A stretch of 64,000 nucleotides of DNA from Orbicella franksi (taxonomy: Eukaryota): the NCBI GenBank assembly GCA_964199315.1, contig OZ116698.1, forward strand, positions 42,160,001-42,224,000. Reading direction: 5' to 3'. Positions 12,077 to 24,400 of this stretch are shown one piece after another. The notes beneath the pieces are model-generated. The model was not told the DNA's origin and ran no database searches. It saw nothing but the letters and a program-made list of their open reading frames with translations. The number at the start of each line of letters is the position of its first letter. Within the stretch, counting starts at the first letter, position 1. The translations under genes were made by a program, and so were the position numbers.

Positions 12077-12623
12077 GTTGTGATTTATCAGGAAATCACA
12101 CATCATTTTCAAGAGGTGCAATTTATACTAGAGATGTATGTTCATCGTGAGTTTATTGCAGAGTTTTTGAGACAATCCCAAATCTAACTAACCATTTGGA
12201 AAATGTTTATCTCAGCTGGATAACTCATCACTATTAGCCAAAAATGTAGGTTTTAAGAAACGTTATCAGGGCAAACCTGTCCAGAATTTTTTTTGTGCAA
12301 CATCAAATTATACATCTTATAAAGTGATGAAATCAGGGTTAATTAGCCACCATGTCTGTAAGCCAGATATAAACTTGTGTGTCACAGATGAATTATCTTT
12401 CTAAGTAATAACTTGTCTCTAGTGCAAATATTAAGCCATTATTTTCTGAGCACCATTTTATCCAAAGAGGAGGATCACATCAAACCACATGAGTTCTTGT
12501 AGCATATTTGAGGAAAAAGTATGGGAGATCGAATTACTAGTGCACAGGTCGAAAATTTTACATGTAAGAAGCACTTTGTCTTATTGATGTAGGTTTAGCT
12601 TTAGTAACTTGATGTAGTGTAAT

Positions 12624-12629
12624 AATAAA
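12624..12629 (+). terminator. Candidate distal polyadenylation signal of ARNT (proximal candidate at 10915-10920)
   Basis: AATAAA followed by a T/GT-rich tract, at the end of about 2.1 kb of CpG-poor 3'UTR-like sequence. Confidence 0.4.
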
Positions 12630-12722
12630 GACAGTAACTCTTTTGAGGTTTGTCGCGTCTATGACTGATTTTATGCGGGTTGATGGGCTTTACAGTCTAA
12701 ACTGAGCAAATGCTCCTTATTA

Positions 12723-12896
12723 CAGTTGAACCCGGCTATTTCAAACTCTCAGGGGAAATGAAAGTTAGTTTGAAATTACAGGAGCTTGAAATACCTGATT
12801 GTAAGTGATTGAAGGGCAAATCCAAGGGAGAAGGTTTTGAGCGCAAAATAATGGGGGATTCAAAATAGCCGAGTTCAAATTAGCTGGATTAGAGTG
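12723..12896. mobile_element. Tc1/mariner-pogo-type MITE
   Basis: TA-CAGTTGAACCCGGCTATTTCAAAC ... GTTCAAATTAGCTGGATTAGAGTG-TA; imperfect TIR with TA flanks. Confidence 0.65.
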
Positions 12897-13058
12897 TAAT
12901 TGAATTCAATTAATTTTGATTTCATTCCTTGTTTTAAACTTCCACTGTAACTACTTGATCCAAAGTCAAGTTTTGATTGAACTACTGCACCTTTTAATTG
13001 GCCAGAATTTCAGTCATCTATTGGGTTTGCGCACTTTCGAGAGTGCAAATTGAATAGA

Positions 13059-13238
13059 TAGGGCTGTCGCGAAGGGCCATAACCCGTAACATCCGTTACA
13101 GCTGAGTTCCGTTAATGTTGTGGGTGAGGATGACCATTTTTGTTACAACACATACTTGCATAATTGATTTATAAATGCTTAAGAAAACTCATCTGGTGTT
13201 AGAACAATTTCTGGAGGGGCTTGCCCAACACACCCCTA
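13059..13238. mobile_element. Possible short hAT-like element
   Basis: TAGGG...CCCTA termini and locally CpG-rich; no TSD seen. Confidence 0.35.
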
Positions 13239-13496
13239 GATGCTCGGATGCGGAAGGCCATCATAGCATGACTGTTCACCACTTATTCCACTGCTCTGGG
13301 TGACAACTTCGATGTAAAGGCTGAAATTCAGGCTACCGTTTAATAACATGGGAAACTTGGCACAATGTACAGGTCTGTTTCTTCCAGACATCATAGAATT
13401 GTGGAAAGAGCACACCCTCCACCCAAAAATGTCTCGAAAGTTAATCCCAGAGTAACTTAATTGCACTTGCCACTTGTGTTTAAACTTAGTAACGCA

Positions 13497-13720
13497 TCAG
13501 GGGGACACTGATCTCTGGTTTCCCAAGCAGGAAGAGGCAAGGAGTAGTTCTATCCCTGCCTGGATGGGATGCTAGTCCAATGCAGGGTTACCTCCAGCAT
13601 TGAATTTTTCAGTACCCATACACCTTAGTGGAGAGAGGCCAGGTGTTTGCATAGTATGGGACCAAACCCTGACCACTCAATCCAAATCTAGCACACTAAT
13701 TATTAGGCTACTGCAGATAC
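13497..13720 (-). mobile_element. tRNA-derived SINE (same family as 2201-2493)
   Basis: CCTGGATGGGATGCTAGTCCA..GGGTTACCTCCAGCATT..GTACCCAT..GTGGAGAGAGGC core. Confidence 0.7.
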
Positions 13721-14000
13721 CACTGTTTATGAGTGAGGCTTACATAACTTGCGAGTCTTTGGGTAAGCAACATGCAACAGGGAAATGAGTCAAGGTGCAT
13801 AAAAACTATGACATGTAAAAACAGGATATATCCCTAAGCCTGTATTTCTTTCTCCTACTACCTCTGGACTACCGTAAAGGGCCACTTTGTGGAAATACCA
13901 CTGCAAATTTCCTATTATTATTACTCTCAATTACAATCACAGCTACACTTCTAGAATCAAAGTAGTCTAGTTCTTGCCCTCTTTCTGTCACACAAAGCTC

Positions 14001-14826
14001 CAGGCATAGTCAAACAATGAACTGATAATCAATATTACCGCAATCGATAACAATCGAAGATTGGTATCGATTGCCAATAGCAATCGCAAATTGATGAACC
14101 GAAAAAAGTTGTGAGTTATCAATAATATTGCCGATAGTAATCAACGACGATTGATTCATCGATTGGTATTGATTATTATCGATTGTTATCGCAGATTATT
14201 TTTGTCCTTCTACAAGTTACACCGATAAAATGTTTGACAAAATTTGTGTACAATGGTTTTATTAAGTCAATTGATCATAGTCTGTGTATCTTTTACAATC
14301 ACTGATAAAATCACAAGAACAGAAACAACTGGCAGAAACTTTTTGGGCTTTACATCTTTCTTTGCTACACATCACCGGAAAAGCTTAGCCCAGAGTAACA
14401 GCAGAAAACCCTCCAATCTCATTGTAGCGTCGGCATTAACTAAAGATGAAGTACGATAAACAAAGTCAGTGTTATAGTGATTTCAAATATTTGTATAAGG
14501 AAACAAATGTAAAGATAGATCTCGGAGTAGGTCAAAAGGAAAATATAATCTAGTAGCATGCTGAGGTTGAACATCTCGCATCGTTCCAGGTATTATTTTA
14601 CACAATAGCAAAGCCATCTTTGAATAGTACGGGTGGTTAATGTCAATTTTTTTCCAATCAATATTCTTGAAGACAGGAATTATCGATTGTTATTGATTTT
14701 TGCCAATCAGTAGCAATCAATAAATAGATTTCTCTGTGAGTTTGATTGTTATTGATTGCCGATATCAATCAATAGCAATTGGCAAGTTGATTTCTGATGT
14801 TGATATTTATCCACTGACCATGCCTG
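14001..14826. mobile_element. Non-autonomous hAT-like DNA transposon with ATCGAT subterminal arrays
   Basis: TIR CAGGCATAGTCA / TGACCATGCCTG (11/12). 8-bp flanks CAAAGCTC / GAAAGCTT (6/8, core AAAGCT aligned). Dense (T)ATCGAT(T)/ATTGAT arrays in both subterminal regions. No transposase ORF. Confidence 0.8.
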
Positions 14827-15646
14827 GAAAGCTTGAGCTTAGGCGATTGTGTGGCAGAGAAAGGGCCAGAACTGGACTAGAATAGAGTTTGCTTGAAAGA
14901 AACTTGATGATGTAGATCTGTTCAGTCATTTACAAGTGGAAATAAACAATTTGCAACCAAATTACAAAAATGTCTATATACAGTATATATATTAATTCAT
15001 AATATTGTGGTATAAACTTCTCTCTAATTTGTATAAACTTAAGTTATGGAAAGTATAAATTTTCACGTCCCTCGAATAAAGAAATGATTGCCTCTCATTT
15101 CCAGGTGGCAATTTACAATCCATATAGTAACAAAATTTTTTTTTAGATATAGAGTCAACATAACAAACCATTATAAAAAATTTAAAATACAAACTGCCTT
15201 GCCTTTTTTACAGATGTAGAGATATGTAAATATTTCATACTATCCTTGTTCATAATGACATTGTCGCTGTAAACACCACATATAATATTTTCACAATTAT
15301 ACAAATTACAGTTATAATTTCCTTTTGGTTTGAAGATCTTCAAACCAGTTTCATTTTCCTGTTCCTTTACATCGTATTCATTCTCACAATCTGACACAAG
15401 GCACAAAATTCAAACCAATAATTATTTAGGCCCAGTTCAGACGTCATGCTTCTGCTATGCCAAACTACATTCAGGAATTAAGTTTGACAAAAGCAAGGCA
15501 GAAGTACGGCATCTGAATCTAACTTTTGAATTAAGTTCAGCAAGCAATTAAGTTCTAAAAGCTCTGCCATGCTACATGACCCTGGCACGGCAGCGATTCA
15601 AACATTGTGCTTCTGCTGCGCCAAACAAAATTCAAAAATTACATCA

Positions 15647-16364
15647 CAGTCGAACCCCTATTAAGCGACCCCTTATTAAGAGGGGGACATTAAGGTTTGT
15701 GGTATTGGAAATTTTTTCTTGCAGTTTTTCAGTAATTTTAATCTCAAAATGCACTATTGCAGTTTTCTCCAAACCTATGGGATGCAATTTGTTAGCATTT
15801 TGGACAGTATTAGAAATTATCCTTGAAGTCCTCCAATGTTTTCCGAGCCTTTTCCAGTTTCCGACTGGACATTCCCAATGAAACTTAGTTCTCATGGCAA
15901 CAGAAAACTGCAATTCCTTGTGTTGCAATTGGAAAAGGGTAAGGTATTTCCATTAATTATTAGCCGGCATGCCAATGGATGTTACTTATTTTGATTATGT
16001 TGTGTAAATCGAAAATAACCTTACTCAACGTTCATTAACAAATTTTTAATTGCTATATTTGCTCTTAACTTAACATACAGAGCACTGGTTTCGACACAAC
16101 ATCGAGTTTTAACTTGGTCTTGAAGTATTGCGGTATTTGACGATTTTTTTTGCAATATTGTGGTACTTGTTGAATTTTTTGCGGTATCGTGGTGTTCAGA
16201 ACCCCCCAATGTCCCCCTCTATTAAATGGCCACTCGTATTAGGTGGCCAGTAATCAAAGTCCCTATGAGGGCTTTACTGTTGTTTTGACCTCTATTAAGC
16301 AGCCAACCCCCTTTAAGCAGCCACTATCCAATTTCCCGAGGTTGGCTCACCTAATGTTGAACTG
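15647..16364. mobile_element. Tc1/mariner-pogo-type MITE (middle element)
   Basis: CAGTCGAACC left end, GTTGAACTG-TA right end; internal CTATTAAGC..CC repeats continue on both sides of the inner insertion. Confidence 0.75.
15680..16219. mobile_element. Inner TIR element with GAG...CTC termini
   Basis: Perfect 12-bp TIR GAGGGGGACATT / AATGTCCCCCTC; direct repeat TATTAA on both flanks (15674-15679, 16220-16225); GCGGTAT/GTGGTAT subterminal motifs. Confidence 0.8.
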
Positions 16365-17028
16365 TAATGTACTTTAGTGGAGTTTTTGCGGGGAGTTACA
16401 AGGTGAACAATTATGTGGCTTCAGTAAATCGTGAATCTGGTATGACTAGAGCTGACACGACATCTGAATCAGTTGGGTTCCTGCTGTGCTATAGTCAGGC
16501 CTTAATAAAATTAAGTTCTGCACAGCAGAAGCATGACGTCTGAACTGGGTCTTGGAGGCTTAAAGTTTAACAATAACAACAACCATAACAAATAACCAAT
16601 GTTCAAGTGGAAGGAAGTGCTGCCTTGAGCAATGCCATTATCTTGATCTTTTGATGCCACTGTCCATCTGAAGTAATGTAATGTTCTTGTAAATTTTTGT
16701 TAATGTGCTTTCTGATCTTTTAACTGTTGTTCTTTGTCTGGTGTTGTAAAAACCTTGAATATCCAGAAACCCTGAATTCTAGATGTTAAGGATGTGAACT
16801 CTTCATAACTGTCTGTATAGTATATAACATAATTTTGTCCTAAAGTTTTACTTCTCAACCTTGCAAAACAGAAAGTTGGCTAGTAGAGGTATACCAGCAA
16901 TGGCTGTTTACCTGTTCAATGCACATGTTCCCAAACTTTCCCCACCCCTGACAACCCCCACCACCCCCCCCCAAAAAAACCTGTATCATACAATGTCTTT
17001 TTTCCTAACTGAGATCAGAACTACATTA

Positions 17029-17398
17029 TAGTATTTACTCAAATAAGCGCTGCGGCACTTATTTAATTTTTCGTGTCTCCGGTGCAGCGCTTATTCGAGG
17101 GCGGCGCTTATTCAAAGGGCTCATACCAAAAAAACAAAATATTTTGATTGTACAATTTAATTTACTTCATGAGTATTTTTCATGGCTTACGGGCTTGAAG
17201 TTAACCTAAGTTTTGGCTTTCATAACAGCCTCGTGAATACTTTTCTGCAGGTTTTCAACAACGCTTCACTCGATGTCAGTGGCCTGACTGTTGCTGAAAT
17301 ACTCGAATAAGCACCGCAGCTGCGGTGCGGCGCTTATTAGTTTTTCAACCCCATGTGTGGCGCTTAATTGAGGGCGGCGCTTATTCGAGTAAATACAG
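17029..17398. mobile_element. Tc1/mariner-pogo-type MITE
   Basis: TIR GTATTTACTCAAATAAGCGC / GCGCTTATTCGAGTAAATAC; TA flanks; repeated GGCGCTTATT motifs; CpG-rich relative to surroundings. Confidence 0.8.
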
Positions 17399-18199
17399 TA
17401 TACATATTTAAGAAATGTTAAAAGCTAATTAAGAAAGAGAATGGATCGTAGAGACACATCAATTTATCAGAAGATTGAAAAGTGCTATAACAATAAATAC
17501 TTTCTTGAGCTAGCTTGCTCAGTCTGCATTGGAAAATATTGATCTTGCTCTTTCTTTTGCGCATTTAAGGACCTCGTCTGTGGCCGAGCCCATAAACCTG
17601 TAACCAATATTTTTCCAATACGGACCTCAGGCTAGTTCAGTAACATTGTATGTTTTTTAGTTATTTCCCGAGCAGTTTACTTACAAAAATCGACGCACTG
17701 CAATTTCTGTAAGAACAAACTTTACCTTCCCTACCCCCCTCCCCTGAAGTATGATCTAATTAAGGGGCTACTTTCGGACGATGGTCTAAAATTATGTTCT
17801 CGATTAAAAAGGATACAAGTGCTGCTACATGCACACAGACCATGAAGCAAACTCCATAAACGACAAGGGTTGGGTACTGCTCTTCCATGTTACTACAGCT
17901 TATGTGAGCCTTCAAATATGAGCAAATGCTGAGCTTATTTCGTTGCCGACACATACATTTCGAGTAAAGTTTTCGGATTCAGTTTCCGATCACAAAAAAA
18001 GTAAACTTACTTTCAAGGAGGAAGAGGGTGTGCAGGTTTGATCTTTTCTGCATAAAGCTCGTGGATACTGAAGGAAATTTACTTCGCTAGGTAAATATAG
18101 ACGAAATGTTTTGCAAGCTACCTTTACAAGCGAGGAGACGAAAGGGGAGACAACTGTTTTGGTGAAGCTGGTGTGAAGATTGGGAACAAACTCTGGATA

Positions 18200-18486
18200 A
18201 TATTAGAAGCAATTTCATTGGCTAGCTTCGCAAACGTCACATACCGGAAATGTGAAGATATTTCACTGAAGTTCATTGGTTGAATTGAATCACCTATTAT
18301 TTTGAGAAACGCGCAGAAAGCTTCCTTCTGATTGGCTGGTAAATTAGTAACCGTTCACAACCCCCGCTCAAGCCGTAAAGCGCATGACGAATGGCTCGCG
18401 TTAGCGCCTGGGAGAGGAGGGATCTGTGTAAAATTTGACCGACTCGTTGCGATTTTCGAGACATTTCTTCTCTCATTTTGTGTTAT
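18200..18486. promoter_or_regulatory. CpG-rich TATA-less promoter of USP3, possibly bidirectional
   Basis: Three ATTGG (reverse CCAAT/NF-Y) boxes at 18217, 18275 and 18331; ETS-like CCGGAAAT at 18244; CGTCA half-CRE at 18235; immediately upstream of the USP3 ATG. Confidence 0.6.
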
Positions 18487-21400
18487 ATGGAGTGCACACA
18501 CGTAGGGCAAGCCGTGAAAGTCAGTTCACAGCTTATTCAGAAGATACGCCGCGAAAAAGCGGCGCAGTGGACTTGCTCAAGTAGGTTTTAAGTCGAGAGG
18601 GCGAAAAGCTACCCTCATCTCAATTTTGGTCTTTTAGTTTCACCTTTACCGGTACTTTTAACATTCCAGAAATCCTGACTGAATTTCTCTGCCTTAGCTT
18701 GTAGATCAACAAAGAGCCCATGGATTTGTCTACGATGTGGATCCATCAACTGCGGAAGGTATACTGCCAAATGAGTACCATATTTTTTGAATTGTTGTTC
18801 TGGGGGGTGTCGAGACGTAGGAATGCCGCGTTGTTTGAGCCCTTCCGCAAATCGTGCTTTTAATTATTCACTTCTGGAGTGTCGTTTAATTAATCCGGCG
18901 GTCGTTTCATGCCAGGTATGTGAATGGTCATGCCAAAGCTCACTACGAGGACAATCAACAACATTCTGTCTGTCTGGATGCAAGTTTGACGGCTTTTTGG
19001 TGAGTAATAAGTTCACATACTGTGAACGAAAGTTCGTGATGTCATTATATGAACGCGCTTCCGTTCGATACTGAATAGCAACGTGTTTTCATTTTTGCTG
19101 TCATTAATTCCCTTAATTTTCCACAGCTACGCTTGTGATGAATTTGTTATAAATGACACAAAATCCGGAGATATACAGAGGGTTCGAGAAATCATGTTGG
19201 AAAGAGAAAATAGGTGAGGACTTCGATGTAAGCTTGAATACTCGCCGGTTGATTCGAATTAAAGTCTTCGTTTCGCAGATTTACCATGACATGATTATTG
19301 TTTGTACAAAAATGTATTCTTCTTCATCTACCGACTACAGTTATGGGTTCTAATTGCTTTGTTTGGATTATAAACTACATCAATTTTTTCTAAATAAATG
19401 AGTTACTTATTTCACACCGGCCGCCATGTTGTTTATCAAGACCATGAATCACCGCGTCGGACGTGTTGGATGTGACGTAATGTTATGATCGGTTGTTCCC
19501 TGGAGCGTTGAAAAGTATTATTTTCCTTTTCTGCTCTGTGCTAATTGATTTTGAAAGTGGATATAGTCAGAAACCCCACATAATGTGATTTCAGTTGTAA
19601 GAGCACCCTTGAATTTTTATGTTGAATAGATTCTACTTTAACCTTTAACCTTATGATGAAGGGCTTCCAATTCAGTGACTCTTATGTAGCTGATGGGTTG
19701 TCAGGAGATTTTAAGGGATATAATTTACAGAGAGCTTTTCTTTTAACAAGGAAACGTCATTTACAAGATTCTTCATCTCCTGAAAGGCAAAAGAAAGCTT
19801 CAAAAGCAAATGTAAGTTGAATGAAGTGTTATGATGTAAAAATTCTTAATTTGGAATAATTGCAGAATGTATTAAATTTAAGATACTTCACTGAGTAATA
19901 AAATTTAAAAGGAAGAAAACTAGTTGGGAGTAATGCTATGATATTTTAAGCTTTCCCTGTGTTGGTCTTACAACAAATTTAATTTGTGAATCAAGGGTTG
20001 AGGCTTGGTACTTGAAGAGAAAAAAAGCACTGAGTTGAAAATAAAGCTCTTCTTTGGTACCCAATCCTCTCCACCTCTGAAAAGCACACTGGTATGATAA
20101 ATATCAAACTGGCAGAATTTATGCTACTTTTTCAACCTCTCAAAATACTTCATCAAACATCAAAAATAGCTCTCCAGATAGAAAAAATAGAATGAAGGAA
20201 AAACTACCCCCTAGTTGGTCATCAGACAGATATTTAGCATAATTATAACCCAAAGCAGGCCATTTACCTGATTTTAAATATATATGGGTTATCGACCAAG
20301 CGTGGGATATTGGCCAAGTACCATTTTCTGCAATGTTTATGGACCAAGATGCAGTCGAGGTCCATGAACATGCAAAAAAAAGAACGAGGCCGATATTCAG
20401 TCATCTGAACTGAACAAGCTTGGCTAGTAAAGGATTTATGTGGGATAAAGAACAAATTTTTCCTGCATGACACAGCGTTTAATCCTGAGCAGGCAAGATA
20501 GCGCCATCTTGCCTGCTTGGGTAGCCAATCACATTGGAGGATTTTTTCATCTTGCCTGCTCAGTAAGCTAGCCATATAACAAATTATCTTTTCAAACTTT
20601 TCAATCATGCAATGAACCAAGGAACAGAAAAATCTGTTTCATTGCAGGATGTTGCAAAATTACTGCACTGTATAATAAACTGTTTAAGCTTACCACCCCA
20701 TTGGTGCCTTTCTCAGAAACCTTGGTTGCTAAGAATGGAGAAGTTGAAAAAGAAAAATTGATACCACACAACTGTACCTCTTCTTACATCAAACCCCACC
20801 CATTGGTAATTAAAACAATGGTCCTTTGGGCAAGGTTGCTATGATTAACCCTTGGATGTACAAGGGTGCCAAACCCCTCCCCTCCCCTCTCCTCTCCTCC
20901 CCTCCCCTCCCCCGCTAAAGTTTTTTTAAAGTTTTGAAGAGATGATTTACTCTAAGGGGCTTAAACTTTCAGAAGCTGTTCCTTCATTCTCTGTAGAAAT
21001 TTTGAAATCTCATTTGCATGTCCATCATCTTTGACGCTGCCATGGCAACCATCAAATTTCATATAGATATGGCCAAAAATCAAAGGAAAATCTAAGATGG
21101 CAGGTCAAATGACATCATTCAACGTCATATGACATCATAACCAACAAAAATAGTACCATCAGGGTTATCTAATCAATGTAAATTTATTTTGTTCTGCCTT
21201 AACAGAACAAAAACCAAGAAGGGGGGTTCCAACCCCCCCCCCACCCCCCACCCCCCCTTGTACCACATTGGGGGTATGAGTTACGTCCGAGGGTTAATCA
21301 GCATAAAAAATCCAATTTTGGTCACTGTTGTGTTTGTTTTAGTTAAGATGAATTTTAAGTCATACTGATTTCAAACTAGTTTGATTTGTATTTGTCTTTG

Positions 21401-24400
21401 TCTCTGAATTATGATAATAACTTTGGAGCAAGGGAGAGCCAGTTAGCAAACATTTTGATTTAATATTCATGTTAAAGTAAACTGCATCATATGCTGTTTT
21501 TATCTACCAAATTGCTCACATACATCTAAACTGTACACATACAGTTAAAATTATAATATTTATGTGAAAGCTAAACAAAGTCTTTGATTGTTTTGTTTAT
21601 GAACTGCATTTATCAATACCCTTAATTAATTTTTGATAATTTGTTGCATTCTTATACCCCAGCAAGAAAATATAGGACGGGTGAAATACCTACCAGGTCT
21701 TCGAAACCTTGGAAACACATGTTTTATGAATGCAGTGTTACAATCTTTGAGGTGAGTGTTTTGTGCTATTTTTCGTAATAATGTTCCTCTGCATTTCTGA
21801 TTAAATCAGTAATGACAATTTTAGTGATGCTATTGAACAGACAAATTTGGTCATACTGGTTTCGAAGTCACAACCCTTACTTTTTCTGAGTCAAGCCTTG
21901 TGTTAATATAAAATAATATAGTTCCAGTCTTTGATAAAACCCTAGTTGTGCCAGTGAAATAAAATTGACACAGTTATACTTTCACGCAGTACTGATAAAT
22001 GTGCCGTTAAAGGTTATTCTTACTTTTAAGTCTGTGTGAGATTCTTTGCATGAATGCTATTGTGTATTAATTTCATGTGGTGCTATTTGGTTTTACATAA
22101 CAAGATAGCCAAAATTCATGCCTTTCCTCCTCTCTCAGTTTAACTCTTAGATATTTTTCATTTGATTGATTAATAATAAGCAAACATCACTTTCCTAAGA
22201 GAAATTTAAAAATAGCAAGTGCTGGTGTTATAAGGCGTGTGAATGTTTAAAGAAAAGACTTAAACATAGCCGTGGGTAATTAGGTTTCACTTTTGATGCA
22301 CCCAGCAGGAAGACAGGAAACTGAGATATTAATTTTCAGCTTTTTCACTAATGGTTTTTTGAACCCCAAAGGAATTAAAAGTACTAAATAATGAATTGTG
22401 TCAGTCATGATATTTTATTGTAGTGGTCGTAGTGTGTATGTTTATGATAATTTTGTTTTTGTTAAATCAACAGTAATATTCAGTCATTCAGCTGTTACTT
22501 TAAGGATCTTCCAGCCTTTGAGCTGAGAACAGATAACTCATGTGGAAAACAGCCTTACTTCACTAGAAGCAGAAAAACAGATGAAGGGTATGGAAACTGT
22601 GCTTTGCCTGGGAGACATTGTTCAAATATTTTAAACAAGACGGCTGTGTAATTTGAGTCCCTATTCTACTTTAGTAAACCACCATATGACATGGGTATAA
22701 AATAGAATACAGCAAAAGGAAGTAACTTTGCATTTCAAAAACAGTGAGGCATATTATTTAGAAGGGACGTAGCCTTCTGATAATTTTTAAATACATGTAA
22801 AATACTGCTTGGGTAGTAAGACTGAATAAACACGACACTATGAAGCTCAAAAGAAGCTCTGCAATCATCAAATTAAAGATCAAAATGTATTGCAATGGTA
22901 TCAAAAACAACCCCTACCAGCATGCAAAGAAAGTTGTTTTCCAATAGCCTGAGGCTTGTGGCTTTTTGCTGTTGGGCTAGTAACCTCTTCAATGGGAAAG
23001 TACCATAACAGGGGAAAGTTTGGGGGCAAATGAGAATGACTTTCAGCCAAGTACATCATAATAAATTATAGCTTTCAAGACTGAAGGACAAGCTGGAAAA
23101 TTGATTTTCTTTGCACCCTGCTTACAGTAAAGAGTTTAATAGTATTGTTCTTGAGGAGCTAAAATGAAATAAAAACCCATGGCTTTTATAAGGAGTGTTA
23201 TTAATTGAAGTATTCCTGTGAATCACTGTAGATCTGTAGTGGAAGAGTTGCGTAAAGTACTTTGTGCTTTGTGGCATGGTGGAGGTGTCACACACTCTCC
23301 TGATGCACTATTCTCTGTTGTGTGGAAGGTTGTGCCAAGATTCAGGTAAGTTACATGTCAAGCTACATTGTAGCATTCATTCATGATTGTAACAATGAGG
23401 ATGGTTTTGTCATACTTTAATCAGAAGATTAGCTGCACACACACACATATTGTGAATTTGTGATGTCGTAAAACACTCAGATTTCAAGTGGAGCTATGGG
23501 CAATTTGTTTCTTACAATAACATTGAAAACTTTTCTGCTGAATTGGAAGGAACTTTCAGTGTAAATATTGCAGACATAACACAGGGAATGAAAACTTTTT
23601 ATATCATAAATTAAAACCTTGTGAATGTTATAAATTAATATTGTCATTGCGATACAAAAGTTCTCCAAAAGTTGCATTGCATTGCATTTTAAGGTTATGT
23701 ACATCATCTTTGTGATCCTCCACTGATAAGGAGACAAAAATTGTGTAGATTTTTGTTTTATATAGTTATTATTATAGTTAAATTACTCAACTTCAGAGCC
23801 AGTTACTGTTCTAAATAGCATCATAGCCAACCGGATGTCAGAGTGAATTTTAACCAGACCTGAACTGTTAACATTTTACTATTGCAGAGGCTATCAACAA
23901 CAAGATGCACATGAATTTATGCACTACCTGTTGGACAGAGTGCACACGGAACTTCTTCTGTCGCCTAAGTGCTTTGGTACAACAGAGACCATCATTACGG
24001 GGATATTTGGTGGCCTTTTACATAGCGAGGTATGTGGGTTGGTCCAGAAGATGTAGGAGAGTACAACAATGGTGAATAAATGTACTTATATGGACATTGA
24101 AAGGAAACTGTAGACAACATAGCTTACAATAAGTTTTCGTCATGAATTTTGTTTAATAGGTCAAATGTTTAGTATGCGGAACAGAGTCAAAGAAGTATGA
24201 TCCATTTCTAGGTAAGTGGCACTTATGTTAGACAAATGCAACCCAGGGATGAAGTTTAGCTGACTGAATTTGAACAGACCATGGTGTTCTGTCATACAAC
24301 ATTTTGCTTTTCTGATCGAAAACAACCCATGATGATTTTTTGTACAATTATGGAAGTCATTCTAGTACAAAAACAGACACTCACTCTATGTTTTTGTTAT

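Larger units (their letters stand above)
15429..16551. mobile_element. PIF/Harbinger-like MITE (outer element of a triple nest)
   Basis: 32-bp TIR GGCCCAGTTCAGACGTCATGCTTCTGCTATGC / GCACAGCAGAAGCATGACGTCTGAACTGGGTC (30/32); 3-bp flanks TTA / TTG. Confidence 0.8.

Noticed and set aside
14992-15406. ORFs 14992-15192(-) and 15182-15406(-)
   Set aside because: AT-rich, UGUA-rich UTR-like sequence; no recognisable domain or supporting splice sites.
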